This document shows, in pieces, positions 46,700 to 57,368 of a DNA stretch of 64,000 nucleotides. The translations under genes were made by a program, and so were the position numbers. Where the stretch lies: the IMG/VR virus record IMGVR_UViG_3300037424_002120, positions 31,483-95,482 of that record. One strand, given 5' to 3'. A model generated the notes under the pieces. That model was not told the origin of the DNA. It saw nothing but the letters and a program-made list of their open reading frames with translations, and made no database searches. Origin of the DNA: a virus. Position 1 is the stretch's first letter. Every line of letters begins with the position of its first letter.

Positions 46700-47906
46700 C
46701 CATTAGACCAGCTTTGTCTTTAACGAGCTGGTCTATTCTTTGCACACACTTAGTATGATGTCAGGACATACGTTCGTCTAGCGAGATTGTGTTAATATAT
46801 GCAGATACGCCATTTAGAGCAAGAGGTTGGTTATAAACCTGGGAAGATGGTAAGACAGTGGAACAGGCAGAATACAGGAGGGCTCAGAATGTCGGATACA
46901 GTAAAGGCGATTAGGGTAGAACGCAAAAACACTGAACGATTACCTCATATAGATGAGCAACCGACGTTACTTGAGATACCTGTTGTTCCCAAATCACCAC
47001 CAAGAACGACAGAAAAGATGATTGCTCAAATGTTCACGTCATCTCCAAAAGACATGCTATATTTTCAGTTGAAGGATGCACAAGCAACCACCATGGATTT
47101 AATAAAAGCTGTGGTGCAGATATGCCTCAAAGAATTAAAGAAATATCCATTTAAAATAGTACTATCGACATTAAGATATCTTGCAATGTATAAAGATATC
47201 GAGTGGATAAACAGTCAATCTAGCATCAAATTAGTTTGTGCCGATAGCACAGCAGATTATGATATTATGGCAGTGTGTGAGGTGTAATGGCATATACAGT
47301 GTTTGGCATTATGCTTGTGGTGGTAGCCGTATTTGCAATGCTTGGCATGGCTTTAACTGCATATATTATTATTTGTATTTTTCACGCTTTTGTGAAGAGC
47401 AAATGACTAAAGCGCCTCTTGTATACGGTAAAACCCGTCCTTGCATGTACTGCATTGTGTTCACCAGAACAGACTCTCAGTGTGCATGTGGTGCTGCAAT
47501 ATGTTTTGAGCACAAGGAAGCGTACGGACAGATATGCCCTCTCTGTATTAGATTAGGCATATCGTACTCTCCTGTATTTAATCCCAACGAAACAGTGCTG
47601 CATATAGAAAAGGCAAAATAATAGTATGTTGCAAATAAGACACTTCATTCAGCAGTTGTTCTCTCTTCTCTCCTTGGTTTGGCCTCCGAATGCTATTCGT
47701 ATTATCTATCTCGGTGCTGAGCGCATTGCTGAGTTTCGCGCTTACTATGGCCGCGAGCCAACTGATGCGGAATGGAGAGAGATAAGCATTCAAGTCGGCA
47801 AAGAAGTTACAGGGCGTGATTAAACAAGTATGATAAATCATCCTATTCATTACAAAACAAGCAATAACGAGTCTCCGTGCTATCTTGAAATTGACTTGAA
47901 AATGTC

Positions 47907-47935
47907 TTGACAAATTATTACGTACGCATTATACT
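47907..47935 (+). promoter_or_regulatory. Strong sigma70-type promoter
   Basis: TTGACA-17-TATACT; leader hairpin GAGAGC/GCTCTC and A-rich tract as in the 23-25 kb cassettes. Confidence 0.8.
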
Positions 47936-47995
47936 GATAATAGTGAAGAGAGCAACGGGCTCTCGAAGAAACAAACAAGAAAAGAGAGAAACAAA

Positions 47996-48202
47996 ATGAC
48001 AACTTACGAAATTGCAATCATCGGATTTGACGGTGATATCAGTGCAGTTAACGCTGCACTGACAAGAGCTAGTATTAACTCTTATCCTGATGAAGCAGCC
48101 TCCCAAGGCAAAGAGTCATCGGTGTTTGTTGGTCCTGATCAGATCGGAGAGGCCGTTCAAGTGATCAACGCTCTTGGATACGAGACAGATGAAGATGCTT
48201 AG
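47996..48202 (+). CDS. Small acidic protein
   Basis: 68 aa, 12 D/E vs 2 K/R. Confidence 0.65.
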   Translation: MTTYEIAIIGFDGDISAVNAALTRASINSYPDEAASQGKESSVFVGPDQIGEAVQVINALGYETDEDA

Positions 48203-48218
48203 TTCGAAAGGGTTTCTG

Positions 48219-48428
48219 ATGAAGAAAAATCGGGGGGCTCCTCGCAAAGGAGAGCAGGTGAGAATGAGGGTCACTCGTTCTTTCTCATCTGAACTTATCA
48301 TAGCCTTGGAGGCTATAACGACCAATCAGAGTGAGTTCGTTGAAAATTGGATGTGGGAGCATCCTCTCCTCAGAGAAAAGAAACCTAAAATGCATAGTGC
48401 TGAGCGGGCACACGCCACTAGAGCCTGA
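48219..48428 (+). CDS. Small RHH-like DNA-binding protein
   Basis: RGAPRKG..RMRVTRSFS..NQSEFVE. Confidence 0.6.
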   Translation: MKKNRGAPRKGEQVRMRVTRSFSSELIIALEAITTNQSEFVENWMWEHPLLREKKPKMHSAERAHATRA

Positions 48429-48804
48429 GAAAGGACAAGAAAAGTGAGCAACGTTACTATACGAAACAAAAAATACGACTCTCCAGAGTATCCCCAGTGG
48501 CTCTGTGAGGTTGGCAGAGCCCTCTACGATGCGGATCTTTCATTCCGCATGAACTGTGAACAGTACGGCCATGACAAAGCATGGCGCGTAATCCTCAACA
48601 AAGAAGCTGAACGTTTAGCCAATCCAAACGTTTAGCAACGGCAAAGCATGCCAGAAGATCGGTTCCACATCGGGCCGATCTTCTTTTTGACCTTTTCGCT
48701 CAGCACAAGCAATAGCGAGTACACGCGCAAGCACAAGAATGTTTTCAAAACTGTTGACACTGTGCTTTTGTTGTGGCATAATGTAAGCACAGAAAGGAGG
48801 CAAT

Positions 48805-49005
48805 ATGGCAAAGTTCCACACAACATACCGCATTAGCGAAGAGGCTCGTGGGCTAATCAAGCTACTCACACAAGATCTTGGAGTCAATCAGACCTCAGTC
48901 ATTGAGATTGCGGTGAGAGCGTTAGCGACTCAAAGAGAGTTGCGACCTAAACAATCTATTCAGGTCTCAAAGAACGATAAAATCAGCAGTGCGTCAAATG
49001 CTTAG
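48805..49005 (+). CDS. Ribbon-helix-helix protein
   Basis: TTYRISEEARGLI..LGVNQTSVIEIAVR; promoter TTGACA..CATAAT at ~48754. Confidence 0.75.
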   Translation: MAKFHTTYRISEEARGLIKLLTQDLGVNQTSVIEIAVRALATQRELRPKQSIQVSKNDKISSASNA

Positions 49006-49038
49006 TTAAGGCCCCGCGTAACTACAATTACCGGAGCC

Positions 49039-49749
49039 ATGATAGAAGAAAGGTTAGTTTCTACTATGGATACAAGTTTAACACACTTCGACAACATCAA
49101 GTTTGTCGACAAAGAAGGCAACGAACGCTGGAGCACCAGAAAGTTACAGACTGCTCTTGGATATTCAAAGTGGCAAGACTTCGAAAATGCCATAGAAAAA
49201 GCCAAGAGTGTCTGCGAAAACATCAAGCAGGATGTTAATTTTAACTTTATGGACGTCCATAAGCCAATAATCTCAGGAAAGGGACGCACCCAAGAAGTTA
49301 AAGACTACCATGTTACCCGTTTTGCGGCATTTTTAATTGCCATGAATGGCGACGAACGCAAACAGGAAATATCCAATGCGCAAGCGTACTTTGCGGTTAT
49401 GACGCTCTTTGCCGAAAACGTTCTCAACAAAAGCCCCAAAGAACAGCTCCAAGACCAACTTGGAATGCTTCAATTTGTGCACAAAGTTGTGAGAGGCGTC
49501 TTTAGAGCGCTCTCACATCGCGGTATTGTGGAAAACAAGCAGCTCGCACTTTACGGAAAAGTCGCCTTCGACTACTTCCGCTTGGAGGTAGGACGTGCTA
49601 ATAGGCAGTACACTGAAGTTATCAAGTACTTTCACGGTGATAATGTCCTTGATGAGATAAATGTCAAAGGGGATATTGTCAAGATGCAGGCTGAAATAAA
49701 GAATGGAGAGGTATCAGTTCAAATGCACATGCCGTTCGGTTGTGATTAG
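49039..49749 (+). CDS. DinD/Bro-like N-terminal domain protein
   Basis: ERWSTRKLQTALGYSKWQDF..DYHVTRFAAFLIAMNGD.RK..AQAYFA. Confidence 0.8.
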   Translation: MIEERLVSTMDTSLTHFDNIKFVDKEGNERWSTRKLQTALGYSKWQDFENAIEKAKSVCENIKQDVNFNFMDVHKPIISGKGRTQEVKDYHVTRFAAFLIAMNGDERKQEISNAQAYFAVMTLFAENVLNKSPKEQLQDQLGMLQFVHKVVRGVFRALSHRGIVENKQLALYGKVAFDYFRLEVGRANRQYTEVIKYFHGDNVLDEINVKGDIVKMQAEIKNGEVSVQMHMPFGCD

Positions 49750-50426
49750 ATAACAGCCGTTATTCGCAGAGAGAGAGCACCGTTTAAAGTGCTCTCTTTT
49801 TTTGTGCTCAATCGTGCCACAATCAAAATCAGCAACCGCCCACAGCAACTATCTCCTACCTCCAGACAAACCGCGTGGCGTCCACTACAAAGACATGTAT
49901 TCTACTTCAAACACATATTTATTCCGCTCATGTCGCCAAAGCAGTTACCGCTCTTCGTGAGATTGAAGAAGCGTTTTTCGTATCTCCATCTCGCATCATG
50001 GGATAGCCAGGAGCTGCACTAACAACACTTGAAGCACTAAAGAAAGATACTAAGAAAACAATGATAATGAGACTTCTAATATAGTTAAGCATCATGAGCC
50101 TTTCTATTTAAACAATACCTGTATAGCCAGCTTTACTAGCATTACAATGATGATAAACGATGTAAACACAGCACACGCTAGAACATACTGTCTGTTAGAC
50201 AGCATTGTTTCAGACATTTGATGCAACGATGGCAGCTTCTTTGATTTATGCCTATCCCAAGCTACAGGATAATCAGTGATGTCTCGTGGCACAACAGGAT
50301 GAGGAGCAGTGTTCTCTTTATGGAAGTCTTTGCGTATTTGGGACGCAACAAGATTGGGGCGGTAAAGGTCTTCATGAGGCTTGAATTGGTTCATAATCAC
50401 TACCGTCCTGTCTGAGCTGCTTTGTT

Positions 50427-50774
50427 TTAGATACCGTTATCCGACATGCGTGTTATTGTTGTCTTGCCATCTCTTGTATTCTCGACACTTATCATCTCAC
50501 CTTGAATAGATATAAGTATTCCGCGCGTCTTTAATGCTAAGCATATTGTTTCTATCGTATGCTCTAGCTTTGTATTCTCCTTTTCAATATCACTTATTCT
50601 TCTCCTGAGCGATTGAGATTCTAATTGCATGGCCTCAATCGCATTCTTTTGAGCTTTCTCCGTTGCATCATCAAAATTGCTCTTTGTCCTCTTTATTGTG
50701 TAATAAGCGCTTATGATGACTGCAACGATAGTAACCGCAATGCTTGGCCAGCCTGATAAACCTGGAACATCCAT
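50427..50774 (-). CDS. Membrane + coiled-coil protein (lysis-associated)
   Basis: One TM helix, coiled coil, next to holin. Confidence 0.6.
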   Translation of the reverse strand: MDVPGLSGWPSIAVTIVAVIISAYYTIKRTKSNFDDATEKAQKNAIEAMQLESQSLRRRISDIEKENTKLEHTIETICLALKTRGILISIQGEMISVENTRDGKTTITRMSDNGI

Positions 50775-50776
50775 AA

Positions 50777-51094
50777 TTATTTGCCTGACTTAGGAAGCAT
50801 TATCACAACTGCTTCAATTGCGGCGTTTACAATCTCTTCAGGAGGAAGAGGTCTTTTAAAAACTTTGAACAGCCTAATCACCAGGCTCATTGCAATTTGC
50901 TTCTTAGCTTCTCCTGTGAGATTTTTGTTCTGTTGTTCTACTTGTTTCACTGCCATTTCAGCAAAATCTTTTAATGCTGCAAACTGACCCGTAGGGAAAC
51001 GTTGGATAATATATTGAGCGACGGGAGCCATGAGATGCCACGCAAGAGGCCACGTTGCAAAAAAGATCATGCTAATCCACTGAGCTGTTGTCAT
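50777..51094 (-). CDS. LL-H-type holin
   Basis: AEMAVKQVEQ..GEAKKQIA..NAAIEAVV. Confidence 0.8.
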   Translation of the reverse strand: MTTAQWISMIFFATWPLAWHLMAPVAQYIIQRFPTGQFAALKDFAEMAVKQVEQQNKNLTGEAKKQIAMSLVIRLFKVFKRPLPPEEIVNAAIEAVVIMLPKSGK

Positions 51095-51105
51095 GCGCTT
51101 TTCTC

Positions 51106-52209
51106 CTACTGGACTTGAGTGGCGTCAATAATCAACTGTGCATCGGCTTGAATTCGCTTGCTAATGATGTTAATTTGCCCTAATTTGGATGATGCAAGCA
51201 ACGCTTTCAAAGCTGCATTTTCACCTTGCAGGGATGTCACGCGAGGGTCTTGCCCTGTTCCAGAGTCGATATGGAGGGGATAGACGCGGGCCTTCTCTAG
51301 TCCAGGTGGTGTATCTATGGCGTGCGGAACGGGATCAAAGCATAAAACACCTCTTTCAAATCGCTGATAGACAACACCTGAATGTCCTGTAATTGGTATC
51401 TCGTTCGATGATGGAAGGCCTAAGAAACTTAACCCGCAAAACGCGTTATTCCCGTATTTCTGGTAAGTTGCAAGTATTTCACCGTGTATTGTGAAATTGT
51501 TGTCTTTGCATTTCCATGCAGCCCCTTCTGCTTTAAAGTGACTAGCAACGGTTGGATTGTTCAAGTCGATCATAATTGGTTTCTCCTCTGGTTTCGGCTG
51601 TATTTTACCTAGGAAGACGTTGGCGTCAACAGTACCTGCAATACCAGGAATACCGGTTGCTTTATCCGTGTATTGAAGGAATTGATATGATGTCCATGGG
51701 GGCGGACACGAAGGCCTTGCATCTGGCGTGAATGTCCAGTTTGCAAGCCAGAGCGGGTAGCGGACCAGCCTTGCGTCCTGCAATCTCTGCTGAATGTAGG
51801 AAGAACTGGCATAGATACCTGGTAGCTTGCCCCCGTAGTTGGATTCCTGCTGAGCAAGCCAGGCGTACGCCCATGCGCCCGTAGCTTGTGGCGCATTCTC
51901 CTCAAAATCCAATATCAGCAAGTCTTGAGCACGTACTGCGCCAACAGCGTCATATTGCCAATTTGCCTCTTGTTGTGCGTTATTGCCAAGTCCAGGGCGT
52001 GCAAAGTGATAGTAGTAGATACAATCAATACCTGCTGCCAAAGCTCTTGATCGATTTGCGGCAAAAGAGGGGTCGGTAAACCCGACTCCCTCACTCGACT
52101 TCATAGCGATACGTGCAATCCCATCAATGCTAGCAGCCCAAGCTCGATAGGCAACAAAGTCTATCGAGCCTTGGTATGCCGATATGTCAACAAAACTCGG
52201 TGTGTTCAT
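51106..52209 (-). CDS. GH25 endolysin with LGFP-like wall-binding domain
   Basis: DISAYQ, KSSEG, YYHF, LDFEE, LWLA, QYTD, VDAN; LGLPSSNE..QRFERG. Confidence 0.93.
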   Translation of the reverse strand: MNTPSFVDISAYQGSIDFVAYRAWAASIDGIARIAMKSSEGVGFTDPSFAANRSRALAAGIDCIYYYHFARPGLGNNAQQEANWQYDAVGAVRAQDLLILDFEENAPQATGAWAYAWLAQQESNYGGKLPGIYASSSYIQQRLQDARLVRYPLWLANWTFTPDARPSCPPPWTSYQFLQYTDKATGIPGIAGTVDANVFLGKIQPKPEEKPIMIDLNNPTVASHFKAEGAAWKCKDNNFTIHGEILATYQKYGNNAFCGLSFLGLPSSNEIPITGHSGVVYQRFERGVLCFDPVPHAIDTPPGLEKARVYPLHIDSGTGQDPRVTSLQGENAALKALLASSKLGQINIISKRIQADAQLIIDATQVQ

Positions 52210-52389
52210 TTATTTACCATCATCTAAGTCGCTAAACAAAGAAAACTGCATAAGAGTATCATCCTGTATATCTGGGTTAACCTGTTTACGCTTAGCTTCC
52301 GCTCTGCGTAGAGCTGATTCGCGCATTTTTTGTTTTGTTTCTTCTGAATGGACACGTCCCCTGCCCGCTTCCGAAGCAACCTTAGACAC
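52210..52389 (-). pseudogene. NUMOD3-containing homing endonuclease remnant
   Basis: 59 codons containing GRVHSEETKQKMRES. Confidence 0.65.
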
Positions 52390-52598
52390 TATTTGTCACC
52401 TCCCAGAATTACATCAATGCCAGCATCTAAAGCCCCTGTCCTATATGCATCAAAATGCTGATCTTTATAGCCAACGCCATAGCTTGATCGAAGCGCTACA
52501 CGACTTACACCGTCGCCACTTGCACTCCATGCCTTGTATGCTCTCCAGTCTATATATTGTGGCTGGAACTGCGATAGGTCACAAAACTGAGGTGTCAT
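52389..52598 (-). pseudogene. Truncated GH25 lysin N-terminus
   Basis: TPQFCDLSQFQ..IDWRAYKAWSAS.DGVSRVALRSSYGVG..AGID, homologous to start of 51106-52209. Confidence 0.8.
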
Positions 52599-52619
52599 GA
52601 TATCCCCCTTGCAAGGTGG

Positions 52620-52979
52620 CTATACTCCCGTTGGTAACGGTAAAATCACTAAAATCTTAGGAACACCGGTGCCATCGTCTGGATGCACCGTCTTACCTCC
52701 TATAACTATCTTGACCCACATATACCAGTTGCCTATGGTGTCCACATCAGCAGCTTGATATGTATACGATGCCTTTCCGTTGTCTGATGCATCTATTGAC
52801 CAGCTGCCACTGCACGTCTTGATTGTTGCAGGACTATCAACATTTTGCATCTTCATGGTGATAGTAGCACCCAGTATGCTCAAAAACCCATTCTCATGCA
52901 AAATTTGGATAGAAAAAGGATTTGCAATATCCCCAACGAAGATAGGTGTAAAATCATCGATGGGCACTACTAACGACAT
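52620..52979 (-). CDS. BppU-like baseplate/tail accessory protein
   Basis: GD..GATIT..GKASYTYQAADVDTIG.W. Confidence 0.65.
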   Translation of the reverse strand: MSLVVPIDDFTPIFVGDIANPFSIQILHENGFLSILGATITMKMQNVDSPATIKTCSGSWSIDASDNGKASYTYQAADVDTIGNWYMWVKIVIGGKTVHPDDGTGVPKILVILPLPTGV

Positions 52980-52988
52980 GAGAGCCTC

Positions 52989-53327
52989 CTAGTCTGCTTG
53001 TAAATCGTTTGTGAGAAGAGTGGAACCATCCTCATGCACGAAGAGGTAGCAGGCGCTCTCTCCTTGCTCCCACCCTATACAGTGCGTTGTGCCTCTGCTC
53101 ACTGCACTGTCATCACCTGGGTTCAACTCCATGCGCCGACGCCTGAAAAAGACAGGCGTGGCACCATGGGGGATAGCTACTTTGTGGGCACTGGACAACT
53201 CAAGAGTTGCAACTTGAGAGGCATTCACCTCCGCAAAGCCACGACCATCAGGCCGTGACTCGTCGTACTCTGGGATCTGGGTGCCATCGCGATAAGTAGC
53301 ACACCATTTGTACACATCTGCTATCAT
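52989..53327 (-). CDS. Hypothetical protein in tail cluster
   Basis: AGGAG RBS; co-oriented. Confidence 0.6.
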   Translation of the reverse strand: MIADVYKWCATYRDGTQIPEYDESRPDGRGFAEVNASQVATLELSSAHKVAIPHGATPVFFRRRRMELNPGDDSAVSRGTTHCIGWEQGESACYLFVHEDGSTLLTNDLQAD

Positions 53328-53337
53328 ATTTTACTCC

Positions 53338-53859
53338 TTAGAATTCGTCGAATGTTAATACTACGTTAGGCAGTGCTATTGTACTTCCAGGCCCACCGGC
53401 ATACGAAAAATCCACTCCCAGCACGCAAACTGCCATATCACCATTTGGTCCACTGCCAGATGTTGCAACGCTTGTATTATCATACAGTGCTGCTGTAGTC
53501 GTCATGAGCGTGTAACCAGCTGGTGTGGCACCATTTGAACCACTCGAAGATGGCCGATTACCTGATGCAGACTGTGCATAGGATGCAACGGCAAGTTGCT
53601 TCCAGAAGAGTTGCAAGCCAGTTGCTGGTGAACTTCCCATTGATATTTTTCGATTATTAATAGTTGTCGTTCCGGTAGTTGTCACCGCTAAAACGAGATT
53701 CTTAATCCAACTGAACACGGTTCCTGTAGCAGTTGGCACTGCAATGGATGTTGTGCTCGTGGCGGAATCGGCTAAATTATATTTGCATCCCGCTTCGACG
53801 TTTGCCCAGGAAACTGATGCTCCTGTTCCTATCTGTCCCTGACATACCGCTGCTGCCAT
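53338..53859 (-). CDS. Putative virion structural protein
   Basis: G/S/T/A-rich beta protein; AAGGAG RBS before MAAAVC. Confidence 0.65.
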   Translation of the reverse strand: MAAAVCQGQIGTGASVSWANVEAGCKYNLADSATSTTSIAVPTATGTVFSWIKNLVLAVTTTGTTTINNRKISMGSSPATGLQLFWKQLAVASYAQSASGNRPSSSGSNGATPAGYTLMTTTAALYDNTSVATSGSGPNGDMAVCVLGVDFSYAGGPGSTIALPNVVLTFDEF

Positions 53860-53870
53860 TTTGATACTCC

Positions 53871-56800
53871 TTATCTTGTATAAAGCGTGATTTCGCCACT
53901 TCTTACGTAAAGCGTGATTTCGCCACTTCTTACGTAAAGCGTGCAATTTTGCGCTGGTGGTGGCGATGATTTCGAAAATGATACCGTACTAGTAATAGTA
54001 CGTGTATTTGTTGTCAATAATGCAGCATCACTGATAATGGTCCGTGACTTTATATTTACCAGAGAGGCAGTACTAGTGACAGTACGCGTATTCGTCTGCA
54101 ACAATGAGGATGTTGAGGCGACAGTACGCGTATTTATTGCTAATAGAGTGGTACTTGCCGAAATACTTCTATTTAAACTTGCTATTAATGCCGTTTCACT
54201 AATAATGACACGCGCATTAATAGCAAGTAAAGCAATAGTAGATATGATACTACGTGTATCTACCGTAAGCAGGGCTGCTGTATTAGTAATAGTACGTGTG
54301 TTTATTGCAACTAATGCAGCAGTGCTTGTGATAATCCTAACATTTACCAGGGAGGCTGTAGATGCAACAGTACGTGTATTTGCCTGCAATAGAGTAGCAG
54401 TACTGATAATAGCTCTGGTGTTTTCCAGCAACAAAGTTGCAGTACTAATGACAGTACGTGTATTCTCGATAATATTAGATAGCGCCACTGTTGATGTGAT
54501 AGTACGCTTGTTTATCACCAGTGACGTATCACTCGTGACAGTACGCGTATTTGTCTGCAATAATGAGGCAGTACTAGTGACAGTACGCGTATTTGTCTGC
54601 AATAATGAGGCAGTACTCGTGACAGTACGCGTATTTGTTGCTAATAGAGTGGTATCAGATACAATAGTACGTGTGTTAGTTATCGATAATGCAGCTGTAG
54701 ATGCAATAGTACGTGTGTTGATAGACAACAATGCTGTATCAGATGTGATAGTACGCGTGTTGCTGAATGATACTGTTGAGATTATAGTACGTGTGTTAGT
54801 AACGAGCAGTGCAGTTGTATTAATAATAGTGCGTATTGATGTTAACAAAAGAGATGACGTGCTTGCAATTGCCCTGGTATTAGCAACTAACAAGGCAACA
54901 GTAGACAGAACATCACGTGTATTTGTTGTCAATAATGGAACAGTTGATGCAATAGTGCGTGTGTTGGTACTAATACCTGATAGGGCAGCGGTAGATGTGA
55001 TAATACGCTTGTTTATCACCAGCGATACATCACTAGTGATAGTGCGTGTGTTAGTACCAATGTCTGATAGGGCAGCAGTAGATGTGATAATACGCTTGTT
55101 TATCACCAGCGATACATCACTGACTATAACTCGTGCATTAACAATTAACAATGCAGCATTAGTAGTGATAGTGCGTGTATTAGCGGACAACAATGTACCG
55201 CTCGCAATAACACTTCTACTTGAAGTTACGAGCAAAGCGGTATCAGATGCGGTAGTACGGGTATTTGTTATCAATAATGTAGCATCAGATGCAATAGTAC
55301 GGGCATTAGCTGTCAATAGTGATGTATCGGATGCAATAGTACGTGTGTTGCTGAATGATACTGTTGAGATTATAGTACGTGCGCCAGTAACAAGTAAGGC
55401 AACATCAGATGCAACTGTACGCGTATTTGTTATCAATAAGGCAGCTGTAGATGCAATAGTACGCGCATTGATAGACAACAATGCTGTATCAGACGCAATA
55501 GGCCTAACAATAACAACTAGTAATGCAGAAGTTGAAGCAATAGTGCGTGTATTTGTTGTTAATAACGGAACAGTTGATGCAATAGTACGTGTGTTAGTGC
55601 TAATGCCTGATAGGGCAGCAGTAGATGTGATAATACGCTTGTTTACAGCCAGTGACGTATCGCTAGTAATAGTGCGCGTGTTGGTACTGATATTCGATAA
55701 AGAAGCGGTAGATGTGACAGTACGCTTGTTTATCACCAGTGATACATCACTAGTAACAGCTCGTGTATTAACAATTAATAATGCAGCATTAGTAGTTATG
55801 ATGCGTGTATTAGCGGATAACAATGTAGCACTTGTTATAATACTTTTATTTGTAGTTACAAGTAATGCAGCATCAGATGCAATAGTACGCGTCTTTGTTA
55901 TCGATAAGGCAGTATCAGATGTGATAGTACGCGACTTTGTTATCGATAAGGATGCATCGGATGTGATAGTACGCGTATTGCTAAATGATACCGTTGAGAC
56001 TATAGTACGTGTATTTGTTGTCAACAGTGTAGCTGTAGATGCAATAGTACGTGTATTTATTATCAACAATGCAGCTGTAGATGCAATAATGCGTGTATTT
56101 GTTGTCAATAGTGATGCATCGGATGTGATAGTACGCGTCTTTGTATCTGCTAGTACAGCTGTGGATGCAATAGTACGTATATTCGTTTGCAACAATGATG
56201 CTGTTGATGTAACAATACGCGTACTTGTTATCAACAATGAGGATGTTGATGTGACTGTACGTGTATTAGTACTTGATGCCGATAGTGCAGCGGTAGATGT
56301 TATAGTACGCGTGCTTGATTGAGATTGAATTGAACCAACTACATAAAATGTCGATGGACTATTCTGATTATTGTATTCAGTTGCAATCCAATTAGCAGAA
56401 CGTGCAATATTCGATATCCTGACTTCATCGATAGAGCCATTCCAATAAGCGGCATCATCATTGCCTATATGTAATTTATGAAAAGAGCTTGACGCATTCC
56501 AATTTGATGTATCAGCATATGTGCCTGATTGCGATCCATCAACATATACACGCGTATTCGTACTATCACCAACTTCTACCACATAATGCCAATTTGTATC
56601 TGATGGCATCGTACCCGCAGCTATATCGACAACCCCAAATTTTGTCATTTTAAATTGATTAACAGTAGCAGGGGACTCCCCTACTCCAAGCATATATCCG
56701 CCGAAACCGCCTTGACCCTTTACGACGATAGAACCTACTGAATTAGCCGCTGTTCGCTTAATCCAAGCACTAATCGTTAATGTATTTTGCGTCGTCATTA

Positions 56801-57368
56801 CTAGTGACGCACTGCTAGCGGCCTCAATAGACGTTGAGGAACCATTAAATAATTGGGCACCACCAATTATACCGGTAGTTGAAATATTGCCTACTGTAAA
56901 AGGAAAAGATGAGTATGGAGTACCATTATTAGCATTTGAAGTTGAGTCTTTTATACTACCAGTTGTTCCTGCTGTTTCTTTCATGTGAAAAACAGCAGCA
57001 TAATTACTGTTCCATACGCTTGCAATATTCTCTTGAGAAGACGATATAGTAGTATTATCGAAATACATATAAATGACGGTATCGGTAGCCGTTGCAAGAG
57101 TGGGTATGCGCACCCACATCGCAATTTCACCGGTAGTTGAGACGTATTTTTCTATCTCGTGATCAAGCTTTGTTGCCTCTGCACTATTCGTGAAGATAAT
57201 ATCAAAGCCAGAGCTGTTCTGAATCTTCCCTCCATTACCAATTGTTTTGAGATCAGCATCAGTCAAGCTGATCAGCACTGGGAAGTTTGTCTGATCAGCA
57301 TTAACAACTTTTACATGATCGATCGTTATGGTTTTCTTATAGAGATAATTGGTATTAAACCAGGTCAT
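53871..57368 (-). CDS. DUF2341 + LamG/ConA lectin domain + long Thr-rich repeat stalk
   Basis: NFPVLI..DIIFT..LDHEIE..WVRIP..YMYFDN; TISAWIK..GSIDEVRIS..RSANWIATEYNNQ; ~14-aa TRTIxSTAAL repeats. Confidence 0.85.
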   Translation of the reverse strand: MTWFNTNYLYKKTITIDHVKVVNADQTNFPVLISLTDADLKTIGNGGKIQNSSGFDIIFTNSAEATKLDHEIEKYVSTTGEIAMWVRIPTLATATDTVIYMYFDNTTISSSQENIASVWNSNYAAVFHMKETAGTTGSIKDSTSNANNGTPYSSFPFTVGNISTTGIIGGAQLFNGSSTSIEAASSASLVMTTQNTLTISAWIKRTAANSVGSIVVKGQGGFGGYMLGVGESPATVNQFKMTKFGVVDIAAGTMPSDTNWHYVVEVGDSTNTRVYVDGSQSGTYADTSNWNASSSFHKLHIGNDDAAYWNGSIDEVRISNIARSANWIATEYNNQNSPSTFYVVGSIQSQSSTRTITSTAALSASSTNTRTVTSTSSLLITSTRIVTSTASLLQTNIRTIASTAVLADTKTRTITSDASLLTTNTRIIASTAALLIINTRTIASTATLLTTNTRTIVSTVSFSNTRTITSDASLSITKSRTITSDTALSITKTRTIASDAALLVTTNKSIITSATLLSANTRIITTNAALLIVNTRAVTSDVSLVINKRTVTSTASLSNISTNTRTITSDTSLAVNKRIITSTAALSGISTNTRTIASTVPLLTTNTRTIASTSALLVVIVRPIASDTALLSINARTIASTAALLITNTRTVASDVALLVTGARTIISTVSFSNTRTIASDTSLLTANARTIASDATLLITNTRTTASDTALLVTSSRSVIASGTLLSANTRTITTNAALLIVNARVIVSDVSLVINKRIITSTAALSDIGTNTRTITSDVSLVINKRIITSTAALSGISTNTRTIASTVPLLTTNTRDVLSTVALLVANTRAIASTSSLLLTSIRTIINTTALLVTNTRTIISTVSFSNTRTITSDTALLSINTRTIASTAALSITNTRTIVSDTTLLATNTRTVTSTASLLQTNTRTVTSTASLLQTNTRTVTSDTSLVINKRTITSTVALSNIIENTRTVISTATLLLENTRAIISTATLLQANTRTVASTASLVNVRIITSTAALVAINTRTITNTAALLTVDTRSIISTIALLAINARVIISETALIASLNRSISASTTLLAINTRTVASTSSLLQTNTRTVTSTASLVNIKSRTIISDAALLTTNTRTITSTVSFSKSSPPPAQNCTLYVRSGEITLYVRSGEITLYTR
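53882..53943. repeat. 27-bp tandem repeat (TLYVRSGEI)
   Basis: AAAGCGTGATTTCGCCACTTCTTACGT x2 plus partial copy. Confidence 0.85.

Noticed and set aside
53941-56322. 793-aa ORF on the + strand
   Set aside because: Antisense shadow of the Thr-rich repeat gene; codon bias removes stops; no RBS or recognisable domain.
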